Sequence record: LC680884.1
DNA: 64,000 bases
Reading direction: 5' to 3' (one strand)
The notes beneath the pieces are model-generated. The model did not search any database. It was not told the DNA's origin and saw only the letters and a program-made list of their open reading frames with translations. Below are positions 29,006 through 38,940 of the stretch, one piece after another. The position numbers and the translations under genes are program-made. Every line of letters starts with the position of its first letter. Within the stretch, counting starts at the first letter, position 1.

Positions 29006-29281
29006 TTAAATTACTTCCATATCAACAGGAACAACTTCACAAAGAATGATGTTATTCAATCCAGCTTGAGCATATTGACCAGTTGGCGGATTTTTTAACC
29101 AATCATTAACTTTTTCTTTAGCTTCTTGAAGACTGTTGGTCAGCAAAGTCAATTCCCAATATTTTGCTCCGTCCTGTGAATTTGGACGACTAAAAACTCC
29201 CCACATTTTTTGTCTAGGTTGTTTAAAAGAAGAACTAGTACTTCCTACAGAATTATAAGTTGGACCAGTAGTTGTTGCCAT
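29006..29281 (-). CDS. paralog triplet A, member 1 (91 aa)
   Basis: RQKMWGVF..WELTLLTNSLQEAKEKVNDWL..AGLNNI..EVVP. Confidence 0.75.
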   Translation of the reverse strand: MATTTGPTYNSVGSTSSSFKQPRQKMWGVFSRPNSQDGAKYWELTLLTNSLQEAKEKVNDWLKNPPTGQYAQAGLNNIILCEVVPVDMEVI

Positions 29282-29298
29282 ATTTTTTCCTCCTTAAT

Positions 29299-31878
29299 TT
29301 ATAAGAGATAATTATTATCTTCAGAGTCGATGATATAATCTCTTTCACCTTTATTTTTGTCAGGGAGTTCTATCATGATATCTCCCTGTGGATCATCATC
29401 CATAATTGCTCTCATAATATCCATTCGGTCTAAAGATTTATAGAGAGGTACAATCATATAGTGGTGAAATTCAATATATTCTAAAAGATTTTTGGTAAAT
29501 ATCTCCATATAATGATTACCGTTATATATTAAATTGTTTTGGTAGTCTTTCTTGAAATCAAAGTATATTTTCTCAGCTTCCCATCTAATCCATCTAAAAA
29601 CTCGTTCGTATTCTTTATTAGTTTTATCATCATTAACTTGATTTTGGGAAGATTCTAAATTCCACCACTCATTTAATACATTCATAATGCCAATAATAGA
29701 TTCGTCACCTAGTCCTCTATAGAGTTCATTGTAAGAATGATGCCACCAATGCATAACAATATTAACCAATTCAAGTAAAATCTCAATACTGACATCAATA
29801 TCATTAGTACCTAAATCTTTAAATGCTTGAATAGGATGTTCCTTCATATCCATTACTGGTTTATTTTCATAAGGATAGTCAATAGATGGAATATTGATTC
29901 TTGTTTTTGGATTAGTTGGCTTTATAAACCACCAGCGTTTATTTAATGTAAGAAAATTTACTGAATCAATATACTTAAACTTATCTAATCTCTTACCTTC
30001 GACTAGTTTTAGTTGTTTTTTGACAATATTTATATCAATATTGGGATTTAAAATATCTTTGACTGATATAAATTTTCTTTTATCTATCTTAATATAGTTT
30101 AATTTATCTAATGAATAATTATAATTATTTGTAATATTTGGTAATTCACTTTTAAATAAATTATAATTATTATAATTTACACTAATAATTTTATTTTCAA
30201 AATTACTCAGGAACTCACTATTAGGAATAAAAATAAAATTATCTCCATTATCAATATTCAAATAATAATTAGATAGTGTTTCAAATAAACCCTCTGGTTG
30301 TTTTATATTCAAATTAAAATCTTTATGGATAGGATTACTCATGTATTTATAATGCTTATCCAAATCAAAAGTTTTATTAATTTTATTTATATCCTTTACT
30401 GTATTAGGGCTATAGTACTTGGATAAATTTGAGTCATTAATAATATTCTTAAGATTTGATTTAAATAAATATTGATTATTACTTGTCGCTGTAACTGATT
30501 TGGAACTATTATTTATTAAGAAGTTATCATTTACATCAATAAATAAATTTTGTTTATTTATTTTTTCAAGATAATCAATGAAAGTGAAATTAAAAATATC
30601 TTTTTCATTAATTGGATGTAAGTAATAATCATTCCTAACTAATGATAAATCCTTTCTTGAGATTGACTGTAAAAAAGAAATCTTAGTATTATAATCAATA
30701 TTCACTTTTGAAATATCTAACAATGAATAGACTAGAAACTTAAAAGATGTATCCATCATAGTTGTCTTTTTAAAATATACTTTTTCATTATTTGAAGTTA
30801 TATCTTTAATTGTATCTTTATTTATATTAAAACTATTACTAGGTTTACTTATTTCCCAAGTAGGTTCCTTTCTAATAAACTTCCACCCACTAAGTAATTT
30901 AGAGATATTTTTATCCCCATCTTTACTAAGAGTGTTAACAGTATTAATATTATTTCCACTTCTAATAACTCTCTTAACTAATCCAAGAGTATCAGAATTC
31001 TTATTAATATCCTTTATAACAATTGTATCTAAATGATGAACTTTTTGAGTATCTTTTTTGATCTGATGCAATGAATTTTTATAAATATCATATATAATAT
31101 TATTTATATTAATAGATCTAACATTTTCATTTCCTAATTTAATAGATAAAGTTGCTAAATCTAATTTATAGTTATTCTTTACAAAAGTATTAATAGTATT
31201 ATATACATTAATATGACTTTTGTTATTTCTATTTAATTCAATTAAATCACTCTCAAGATTTAATTCCTTCATGGATTCATTGCTAATCTGAAAGTAATTT
31301 CCCTCTTTGCCAACAAATCTATACTTAGTCTCTAATAAAGTACTAATTGTATTATAAGTTATTTCTCTTTTATCAGAAGAAACTGTTAAATTATTATTTG
31401 GAATATATATCTCATATGTAATACCATTAATGTTTATACTATTAATGGTACTAATGTTATGAGATGTTTTTCTTAATTTATTTTTATCCATCTCTATATA
31501 GTCCAGTAAAGAATTCGTTTTATATACATTTAAGTTATTTTTTTCTACAGTATAAATCCTTTTATTAAGAATTTCTACTGTATATTTATCAATTTTTTTG
31601 TCTATTAATTTATTAGGTACGGTTAATTTTTTAGTAGACTTTGCTGTTTTATCTAATTCTTTAACAAAAAAATCTAATAAAACCTCTTTTTTATTTAAAT
31701 AGAGATTATGAATTGACTTAAGAATAGATAAATTTTTATTTTTAACTATTTTTTTAGGAGACTCATCAATTTTTAAAAAAACTGATGAGCCATTAATTAA
31801 ATAAGCTTTAAATGTATAACGAAATCTATGGGCAAATAGAGGTAGACCAGTTTTAAATGAAAATCTTTGCAAAAACAT
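29299..31878 (-). CDS. large N/K/I-rich protein with globular C-terminal domain
   Basis: 859 aa; about 640 aa low-complexity, then a Trp/His-rich domain (RWWFIKP, HWWHH, WIRWEAEKIY). Confidence 0.7.
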   Translation of the reverse strand: MFLQRFSFKTGLPLFAHRFRYTFKAYLINGSSVFLKIDESPKKIVKNKNLSILKSIHNLYLNKKEVLLDFFVKELDKTAKSTKKLTVPNKLIDKKIDKYTVEILNKRIYTVEKNNLNVYKTNSLLDYIEMDKNKLRKTSHNISTINSININGITYEIYIPNNNLTVSSDKREITYNTISTLLETKYRFVGKEGNYFQISNESMKELNLESDLIELNRNNKSHINVYNTINTFVKNNYKLDLATLSIKLGNENVRSININNIIYDIYKNSLHQIKKDTQKVHHLDTIVIKDINKNSDTLGLVKRVIRSGNNINTVNTLSKDGDKNISKLLSGWKFIRKEPTWEISKPSNSFNINKDTIKDITSNNEKVYFKKTTMMDTSFKFLVYSLLDISKVNIDYNTKISFLQSISRKDLSLVRNDYYLHPINEKDIFNFTFIDYLEKINKQNLFIDVNDNFLINNSSKSVTATSNNQYLFKSNLKNIINDSNLSKYYSPNTVKDINKINKTFDLDKHYKYMSNPIHKDFNLNIKQPEGLFETLSNYYLNIDNGDNFIFIPNSEFLSNFENKIISVNYNNYNLFKSELPNITNNYNYSLDKLNYIKIDKRKFISVKDILNPNIDINIVKKQLKLVEGKRLDKFKYIDSVNFLTLNKRWWFIKPTNPKTRINIPSIDYPYENKPVMDMKEHPIQAFKDLGTNDIDVSIEILLELVNIVMHWWHHSYNELYRGLGDESIIGIMNVLNEWWNLESSQNQVNDDKTNKEYERVFRWIRWEAEKIYFDFKKDYQNNLIYNGNHYMEIFTKNLLEYIEFHHYMIVPLYKSLDRMDIMRAIMDDDPQGDIMIELPDKNKGERDYIIDSEDNNYLL

Positions 31879-31902
31879 AGTCTACATCCTCTCCCTTGTT
31901 AA

Positions 31903-32994
31903 TTAGCTAGCAGTAGTACCATCTTCAACTTTTGAAATACCATCTGGATTATAGCATCTAATCGCAATACAATATTGTGTATTAGAACTATTGTTTAGGA
32001 AACTATAAGGTGCGGAAATCTGGAATTTCTTATAAGTTAATTGTTCTGTAGTACCTTCTTTGTATACAAGTTTATCATTATCATAAAGAGCTGAATTATC
32101 ACCAACTAGGATATTCTGCATTTTACCACGTTCCATATCAATAGAGTGAGTAACAGTAATATCTGAAAATTGATGTTTTTGGTTGTTCCAACGTGAACCC
32201 TCAATATTCATCTTATCCATAAACTGATTAGAACCATAGAATGATGGATAGTGCGGCTGATATGGCATACCAATTTTGTTTGCTACCATCAAGATATCAG
32301 TGATTCCTGTACCAGTTCTTGGTCCATAAGCATTGCTCATTACTGGTTCGCTTGCAGAAGAAGTAGTAATACCAAAGTTATATTCTACATCTGGTGATTG
32401 ACCATCTTCTAATGGTGTAACTGCACCAATATATGCATAGCCTACCAAGAATTTTTTATATGGATAATTATCAGCAGATGGATCTCCACGGAATACAAGG
32501 TTAACTGCATCTTTTGTAATATTCATCCAATATGAAACTGGTAGCCATGATTTGATACTTGGATCAATATCATCTTTATACCAAGATAATTTAGTTACTG
32601 GTGATACCTTACCTTCTACTAAATCCTCAGTTTCAGCATTAAATTCTGTGCCGATTGCCATATTTACATAAGTAAGTGGAACTGAAACTACATTATTTGC
32701 ATCTGTAGTCTCTGGTCTAAAGATTTTTAAATAGAAAGTTTTTCCAAATGAAGTTGTTGTAGATAGGATTACCTTATTTGTGACATTAGAAATAGCTGAT
32801 GGTGATTCTAATGTCCATGCATACTCAGTTCCAGCTTTTGTAACAAATTCATTGGCTACATTTTTAATAAGATCACCGACAGAAGTAGAACCCTCTGTGT
32901 AGTAGAACTTATCATTGCTTCTAAGATTGTAATCTACTAAAGCCATATTATTTTTGCTACTACTATTATAATAGTAGTAACTTCCTCCTTCCAT
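31903..32994 (-). CDS. putative structural (fibre/tail) protein
   Basis: 363 aa, G/S/T/Y-rich beta composition, within a late module. Confidence 0.55.
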   Translation of the reverse strand: MEGGSYYYYNSSSKNNMALVDYNLRSNDKFYYTEGSTSVGDLIKNVANEFVTKAGTEYAWTLESPSAISNVTNKVILSTTTSFGKTFYLKIFRPETTDANNVVSVPLTYVNMAIGTEFNAETEDLVEGKVSPVTKLSWYKDDIDPSIKSWLPVSYWMNITKDAVNLVFRGDPSADNYPYKKFLVGYAYIGAVTPLEDGQSPDVEYNFGITTSSASEPVMSNAYGPRTGTGITDILMVANKIGMPYQPHYPSFYGSNQFMDKMNIEGSRWNNQKHQFSDITVTHSIDMERGKMQNILVGDNSALYDNDKLVYKEGTTEQLTYKKFQISAPYSFLNNSSNTQYCIAIRCYNPDGISKVEDGTTAS

Positions 32995-33020
32995 TAATGG
33001 GGTATTATTTAGCTAGGAAA

Positions 33021-33707
33021 TTAGCTAATAGTGAGAAAATCAATATCATAATATATAGTTTTTTGTTTTCCACTATTATTATAAAATAAAAATTCAACTC
33101 TATCAGTAGGAATAACTTTTAAAGGTGAAGAAAAATATTTTCTTTGTTCAATTCCCTTAGAAAAAACATTTTCAAACACAGTTACTCCATTAACTCTTAA
33201 ATCCCAACAGTCTGAAAAATCATATTGATTTTGAAAACTTGTAATTTTAGTAATATTTGATTCTTCAGAAACTTTACAATTCAAATAGTAGGTTCCATTA
33301 ACACTTGGAATATCTTTACGGATACTAACTGACTTATCAATTCCTTTTAGAGATAAATAATCTTTTATTTTATTTAATAATTCATTTATCTCTAATTCTT
33401 CAGCAATTAATCTTGAAACTAGTAATGACAAATCATATAATCTGTCAATATATAAGTCCTCAACTATGGTAGTATTTGCTAATAAGTTACTGACAGACAT
33501 AAATAAGTCTTGAGCATTCTGAGACTGTGTATTCAATACATCTAATATTGATTTCATTCCGGTTTCAATACCTTCTGTATTTCCTGAAATAACTGTCTCT
33601 GGAAGTTTTAAACCTGTTAAATTGACTTTTAAACTGTTAGAATTAAGAGCCTGAATAATTATTTGTTCTAGATCTTCACGATTAATAATATGAGAAGGCA
33701 TTCCCAT
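33021..33707 (-). CDS. paralog triplet B, member 3
   Basis: MGMPSHIIN start; coiled-coil middle; C-terminal WDL.V...F.NV..K..F.NNSG..K..Y.D. Confidence 0.75.
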   Translation of the reverse strand: MGMPSHIINREDLEQIIIQALNSNSLKVNLTGLKLPETVISGNTEGIETGMKSILDVLNTQSQNAQDLFMSVSNLLANTTIVEDLYIDRLYDLSLLVSRLIAEELEINELLNKIKDYLSLKGIDKSVSIRKDIPSVNGTYYLNCKVSEESNITKITSFQNQYDFSDCWDLRVNGVTVFENVFSKGIEQRKYFSSPLKVIPTDRVEFLFYNNSGKQKTIYYDIDFLTIS

Positions 33708-33724
33708 TTAATGAATAAACCTCC

Positions 33725-34417
33725 TTACTGTGGTTTTATTAAATACTCTATATCTAACCACATCTGTCTACTATTACCACTATTATTATGAAGAATAAAT
33801 TTTATAGAAGTATTAGCAGGTACTTTTAGTCCTTTATTAAATTTCTTTTTTTGGGCAACTTCTTTTGTAGAGATATTACTAAATATAATATCTTCACCAA
33901 CCATTAAATCATAGGTATCTTCATATTTCCAACCTATTTGGGACATAGAAATTGCTGTTAGTTCAATATCCCTATTCTGTATAAACTCTAATATAAAATC
34001 CTCTCTTATAGGAGGAACATATTCATAAAAACCTTTAATTCTTTGTTCTCCTTGGGGACTTAGCTTATCAGCTATACCAGATACTGTATCTTTAATACTT
34101 TTTGTAACATCTAACTGAGATTTTAATTTAGTTTCAATTTGATTTATTATTTCTTTATTTTCTTCACTTGTTGTAATAATGAAGTTAGATATATTTTCAA
34201 TATCGGATGATAAATTAGAAATAGTCTGATTAATAACATCATTTATATCAACTATCGAGCTTAATTTGCCTTCAACTACTGAAGTATTTAATATAGCTTC
34301 AGTGACTTTATCCATATTAACGTCACTTATGGATAAAGATAATCTAGCATCTCTAATAGCCTCCTGAATATATTTTGCAGAGTCATTATAGTTTATTATA
34401 TAAGAAGGAAGCCCCAT
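33725..34417 (-). CDS. paralog triplet B, member 2
   Basis: MGLPSYIIN; GEQR.KG; SQ..W...D.YDL; NNSGNSR..W.DI. Confidence 0.75.
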   Translation of the reverse strand: MGLPSYIINYNDSAKYIQEAIRDARLSLSISDVNMDKVTEAILNTSVVEGKLSSIVDINDVINQTISNLSSDIENISNFIITTSEENKEIINQIETKLKSQLDVTKSIKDTVSGIADKLSPQGEQRIKGFYEYVPPIREDFILEFIQNRDIELTAISMSQIGWKYEDTYDLMVGEDIIFSNISTKEVAQKKKFNKGLKVPANTSIKFILHNNSGNSRQMWLDIEYLIKPQ

Positions 34418-34433
34418 TTAAGTTACCTCCTAA

Positions 34434-35135
34434 TCAAACTGTAGGTTTATCAATTTCAATATAGTCAATATCAAACCATACATACTTACTATTGGCACTA
34501 CTAGTATTATCAAATTGAAATGTTATTGGTGTATTAGCTGGTACTGGAAAGAATTTCTTTAATTCTTTATGTTCTCCACGATTTTTAGTATAAATTCTAT
34601 CAAACATAATAAAATCACCAATTTTTAGAGACCATTTATCATTGTTATTCCATGCTGATTGAGAGATAGTTATCCCAGTTAAAATAGTATCTTTATCACT
34701 AGTAAAAACTTTTGTGTAACTACCAGCTACACTTGGAACTGCAAGTGAGTATCCAATGGCTCTTTGATTTCCTTCAGTTGCCAATTGTTTCTTAATTTCT
34801 TCCAATATATTAAACATACTTGTAGTTGTACTTAATATATTGTCAAGTTTAGTTCCTAATTGATCCATTGAATTTTTAAGATTATTATCATGAGCAATTA
34901 AACTATTAAGAATATTTTTACTAGCATCCTGAACTAATTTAATATTACTATCAACAGTTCCTAATTTAGATAGAATATCATCTAAAGATTTTTCAATTTC
35001 AGTTGTATCAATTGTAATAGAGGAAGAATCTAAAGTTACATCACCAACTGATACTGAAATTGCTGCTTCATTAATAGCCCTAATAATTGGATCCTTAATC
35101 TCTTCAAAGTTTATAATTAGACTTGGTAAACCCAA
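34434..35135 (-). CDS. paralog triplet B, member 1
   Basis: MGLPSLIIN; GNQR.IG; SQ..W..NDKWSL; NTS..NSK..W.DI. Confidence 0.75.
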   Translation of the reverse strand: MGLPSLIINFEEIKDPIIRAINEAAISVSVGDVTLDSSSITIDTTEIEKSLDDILSKLGTVDSNIKLVQDASKNILNSLIAHDNNLKNSMDQLGTKLDNILSTTTSMFNILEEIKKQLATEGNQRAIGYSLAVPSVAGSYTKVFTSDKDTILTGITISQSAWNNNDKWSLKIGDFIMFDRIYTKNRGEHKELKKFFPVPANTPITFQFDNTSSANSKYVWFDIDYIEIDKPTV

Positions 35136-35147
35136 CTTATATCACCT

Positions 35148-35498
35148 CTATTCATATTTCAATTCTGTACCAAGAAACATGCCATTTTCATCACGAAGAA
35201 TAGTTTCAACTGTAGAGGTTCCATTAGGTCTAACAGTTCTAATACCAATTACTTGACCAGTTTCCTCATCACGAAGAATTTCTTCTGACCACATGACAAC
35301 AGGTTCTCCTTCCATCATCCGAGACATGTTTCCATAAACTACCTTAGTAACTTGATTTGTTTCTGGATCTCTGATAAGTTGTACTGGTTCTTCAGGTGCA
35401 ATTGTAATAGAGGAAGAACCACCATCTGTACTTGTTGAATCATCCCATGATAATTGGTCTTCCCATCCCTTAGCTGTATTACTTGGCATATTCCTCAA
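35148..35498 (-). CDS. small acidic protein with three (I/L)RDxxxGx(V/F) beta-hairpin repeats
   Basis: LIRDPETNQV, ILRDEETGQV, ILRDENGMF; late motif at 35525-35514. Confidence 0.7.
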   Translation of the reverse strand: MRNMPSNTAKGWEDQLSWDDSTSTDGGSSSITIAPEEPVQLIRDPETNQVTKVVYGNMSRMMEGEPVVMWSEEILRDEETGQVIGIRTVRPNGTSTVETILRDENGMFLGTELKYE

Positions 35499-35539
35499 CT
35501 CCTTTATTAATTATATAGTAATGTTCAAGAGAAATAAAT

Positions 35540-35569
35540 AATTACTGTCAAATTAGATTGACAGTAATT
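35540..35569 (-). terminator. hairpin/terminator
   Basis: AATTACTGTCAA/TTGACAGTAATT. Confidence 0.6.
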
Positions 35570-35574
35570 ACCTT

Positions 35575-36738
35575 TTAGTGTTTTAATTGATTTTGCTGGA
35601 TAAATAATACAATATACATATAAAATGCTTTTCTATAACTGATTCTAGTAGCTTCTCTCTCAGTTTCACTGTATTTATTACTATTATTCTTAAGAAAATA
35701 ATCAAGAAGTTTTTTAATTCTCAGAATATTCACATCTTTTGTATTACTCTTAGAATATATGGAAATACAATATGCAATAAATCTCTGAGAAGCTATACTT
35801 TCATAACTATTCTTTCCATCAATCAAATATACTTGTAGAATAGATTGAATAAGACTTTCAACTTTTTCTCGCTCATTCTTTTTAATACTTTCTAAAGCAT
35901 ATTTAAGTGTGATAGGGCTTACATCACTAAATTTAGATGAAACTCTAATTAACTTATCATTTAAATCTCCTGAATAAAACTTATTAGTCGTTTGACTAGT
36001 TAAACGAGATATCATTAATGAAACATTATCAGTTTCAAAATAATTATCTGCATCATTACTATCTTTTTCAGTATTTAAAAAATTTTTATTCTTATAATTT
36101 TTCATATACTCGTTGGTAAAATTTTTCATGAGATTATTTAAACGAGTTTGTAGAAACATTAAGAAATTAACAATATCCATGTCATTTCCTCGCTCTAATT
36201 CTTTTTTATATTTCTCTAACGTTTTATTAGCTGTATGAAAAAGAGCCTTAATTACTACACCATATTGTTTAAATAAAAATTTATTATTTAAATTATTAAT
36301 AGTATAACTCATTACATTTTCATTTGGAGTAAATAAGCGAAAATATTTATAGTGTAGTGAGCTATAGAGAGCAAGAGTTAAATATAATAATGCATTATTT
36401 AATGATTCTTCTTTTTTATCTATTGAGTATTGCCGAATAATCATTGTCATTGCTATATTGAAAGGATTTTTAACAATTTTCCATGAACTTTTAATCATAT
36501 CTACTTTTTTAATTATTTCATTTACATATTCTTTTTTAATATTGATAATATTAAAAACATGTTCTCTATCAACATCTGAAAAGTAAAGTCTCTCTATAGG
36601 AGCATTTGCATATAATATTTGGTTATTATGATCTATATATTTCTTAACTATATGATTTAATTTGTCAGTATTATGTTTATCAGATAAAGCAACATGAATA
36701 GCTTTTTCTAAGTTATCTTTTATCACAGTGTGATTCAT
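35575..36738 (-). CDS. hypothetical alpha-helical protein
   Basis: 387 aa; late motif at 36777-36766. Confidence 0.75.
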   Translation of the reverse strand: MNHTVIKDNLEKAIHVALSDKHNTDKLNHIVKKYIDHNNQILYANAPIERLYFSDVDREHVFNIINIKKEYVNEIIKKVDMIKSSWKIVKNPFNIAMTMIIRQYSIDKKEESLNNALLYLTLALYSSLHYKYFRLFTPNENVMSYTINNLNNKFLFKQYGVVIKALFHTANKTLEKYKKELERGNDMDIVNFLMFLQTRLNNLMKNFTNEYMKNYKNKNFLNTEKDSNDADNYFETDNVSLMISRLTSQTTNKFYSGDLNDKLIRVSSKFSDVSPITLKYALESIKKNEREKVESLIQSILQVYLIDGKNSYESIASQRFIAYCISIYSKSNTKDVNILRIKKLLDYFLKNNSNKYSETEREATRISYRKAFYMYIVLFIQQNQLKH

Positions 36739-36834
36739 AAAACTTCTTCCTCTCCTGTCAGTTTATAATAAAATGTTTACTATGTATATTAGGAAACATT
36801 TTAATAAGATATTAAACGTTAAGGAGGTTTTTAA

Positions 36835-38100
36835 ATGGTTAAGACTTTAATATTGGAATCATATTTTGGGAAAAATGATAAGCTTATTAAATGTGAAGAA
36901 TATCTAACTGATTTAAAGAATATGATGAAGAAAGGAAAAAATCCAAATAAAAGCAATAAACTAAGAGAAATAGAAAAATTATTTGAAGAATTATTTAATA
37001 TAAAAAATGTAAATATTCTTATTACACCAGATGAAAAAAATTTATATGCTGGAGTTATGTCTTTTATTGATTTTAACAGTTTTAAGGATATGGACTTAGA
37101 ATATTATGAAGTTATAAAGACAAAAGAGGGATATAAATTTAAGGATAAAGTAAAAAAAGAATTAGTTCTTCATTTATCATCAAGATTAATAAAAGAAAGT
37201 TCAGAGGAGAAAATTATTTCTGCAATTCTACATGAATTTGGACATCAATTTTTTTATCTAAGAAGGATGTTAGATCTAAAAAATTATTTTAGAGCCTCAA
37301 TTTATCCACTTTCAGGACTATATAGATTATTAAATTATACAAAACAACTCTTTAAAATTGTCAAAATAAAAAAAGATGGTGGTGATATTAAATATAAAAT
37401 ATTAAAAAATATTATCACTGCTATAATTAGGGATTTTTATAGAGTCTTATTCTTTACAATATCACTTATTTCTCCTAAAAAAGCTGTAACATTAGAAAAA
37501 AAGATAAAAGTAAATGATCTAACATATAAAAGTTTATCAAAAATAACTATGATTAATAAAAAAATATCCGACTTCTTTCCTCATATTAAAAAAATAAATG
37601 ATATTAAGAATAATATATTCAATAGTAGTATCGGAGATAATGTTATTAATTTGGCATTTAATTTTCTTGATAAAGATTATGATCAAGAAAGATTTTCAGA
37701 CAGCTTTGCCACTATGTATGGATATGGATTTTCATTAGGATCATTATTAACTGATTTTAAAAAGAATAAAAATGCAAATAATAAAGTATTCCTTAACTAT
37801 TTATCATTATATGAAATGCAATTGGATCTATTTTTTTATTTTTTCGAACCGCACCCAACAACCTACAAGAGAATTTTATTAATTAAGAAAAAGCTGGAAC
37901 ATGAGTTAACTAGTAATAAAGAGATCTCAATTGAACAGAAAAAAGATATAAAAAAGCAACTTGAATTAATTAATAAAATGATAAATAGTGGAAGTCTTGA
38001 AATAGAAAATTTAAAGAAAGTACATCAATTTTTAAAATTGGGTGATCTTAAAAATAAAATCATGTCAAATGCAAGTGATGAACAAATTATTAATTTATAA
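36835..38100 (+). CDS. zinc metallopeptidase-like protein (HExxH, M48-like)
   Basis: ILHEFGH, QERFSDSFATMYGYG, HPTTYKRI; late motif at 36795; N-terminal LILES. Confidence 0.75.
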   Translation: MVKTLILESYFGKNDKLIKCEEYLTDLKNMMKKGKNPNKSNKLREIEKLFEELFNIKNVNILITPDEKNLYAGVMSFIDFNSFKDMDLEYYEVIKTKEGYKFKDKVKKELVLHLSSRLIKESSEEKIISAILHEFGHQFFYLRRMLDLKNYFRASIYPLSGLYRLLNYTKQLFKIVKIKKDGGDIKYKILKNIITAIIRDFYRVLFFTISLISPKKAVTLEKKIKVNDLTYKSLSKITMINKKISDFFPHIKKINDIKNNIFNSSIGDNVINLAFNFLDKDYDQERFSDSFATMYGYGFSLGSLLTDFKKNKNANNKVFLNYLSLYEMQLDLFFYFFEPHPTTYKRILLIKKKLEHELTSNKEISIEQKKDIKKQLELINKMINSGSLEIENLKKVHQFLKLGDLKNKIMSNASDEQIINL

Positions 38101-38107
38101 AAAAAAA

Positions 38108-38135
38108 AATAATGAGAGCTTATGCTCTCATTATT
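38108..38135. terminator. bidirectional terminator
   Basis: AATAATGAGAGC/GCTCTCATTATT between convergent genes. Confidence 0.75.
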
Positions 38136-38141
38136 AACTAA

Positions 38142-38516
38142 TCAACCTGTTATCACTTCTTCTAGCTCTAAACCATATGACTTACCATTTAAACCAATTG
38201 AATAATAAATTCTTCCACCTACTAAAGAAACTTCAAATCTAATCTCATTACCCTTCCAAGGAAATACTAAAGATTTAATATCATTCACATTTGAGTTAAA
38301 GAATTTACTAATTTCAGTATCCTCTGAAAAATGTTCAATGTACTCTAGATATTGTGTAAAATTATAATCTTTATTTAATATAATATTGAGAGCTGTACCA
38401 AATAATTGAAGTTCAAAATCCTTACCTCCAAAATCTCCATCAAAAGAGAGAGGAATATTAATTCCATTCTCTATATAATTTGAAGTTCCTTGAATACTAA
38501 ATATTGTTTTCCTCAT
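38142..38516 (-). CDS. hypothetical protein
   Basis: 124 aa, GGAG RBS. Confidence 0.7.
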   Translation of the reverse strand: MRKTIFSIQGTSNYIENGINIPLSFDGDFGGKDFELQLFGTALNIILNKDYNFTQYLEYIEHFSEDTEISKFFNSNVNDIKSLVFPWKGNEIRFEVSLVGGRIYYSIGLNGKSYGLELEEVITG

Positions 38517-38542
38517 AGTACAACACTCCCATATTTTATTTA

Positions 38543-38923
38543 TTATTTAACTGGAATAACTAAAGTTTCTCCAGCAACAATATCACTAGTAGACATATTA
38601 TTTATTTCCCTAATTTTTCTAATAATAGTTTCTTTATCTAAATCATCTTGGAAATTAGTTTTATCAACAATTGTCCATAATGTTTCCCCATTTTGAACTA
38701 TAATCTCTTCTTTCTTTGCATCATTAAATTGCACATTGATATTATGGTTATCAATCATCTTCCAAGAACAAATAATAACTGTAATTACAATTAATGATAA
38801 GAATGTATAATTATATAAGTTACTCAAGAAATTTTCAATTTTTGTCTTTCTCTCTTCAATCAAAATCTCTTCTTTTTCTAAATCTCTTACTACTGCATAA
38901 TTACTTGAGTTCATTTTATTCAT
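38543..38923 (-). CDS. membrane-anchored LysM protein, YneA-like
   Basis: One TM helix, then IIVQNGETLWTI...IREINNM....IVAGETLVIP. Confidence 0.75.
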   Translation of the reverse strand: MNKMNSSNYAVVRDLEKEEILIEERKTKIENFLSNLYNYTFLSLIVITVIICSWKMIDNHNINVQFNDAKKEEIIVQNGETLWTIVDKTNFQDDLDKETIIRKIREINNMSTSDIVAGETLVIPVK

Positions 38924-38940
38924 TCTCCTTTATATAACTT

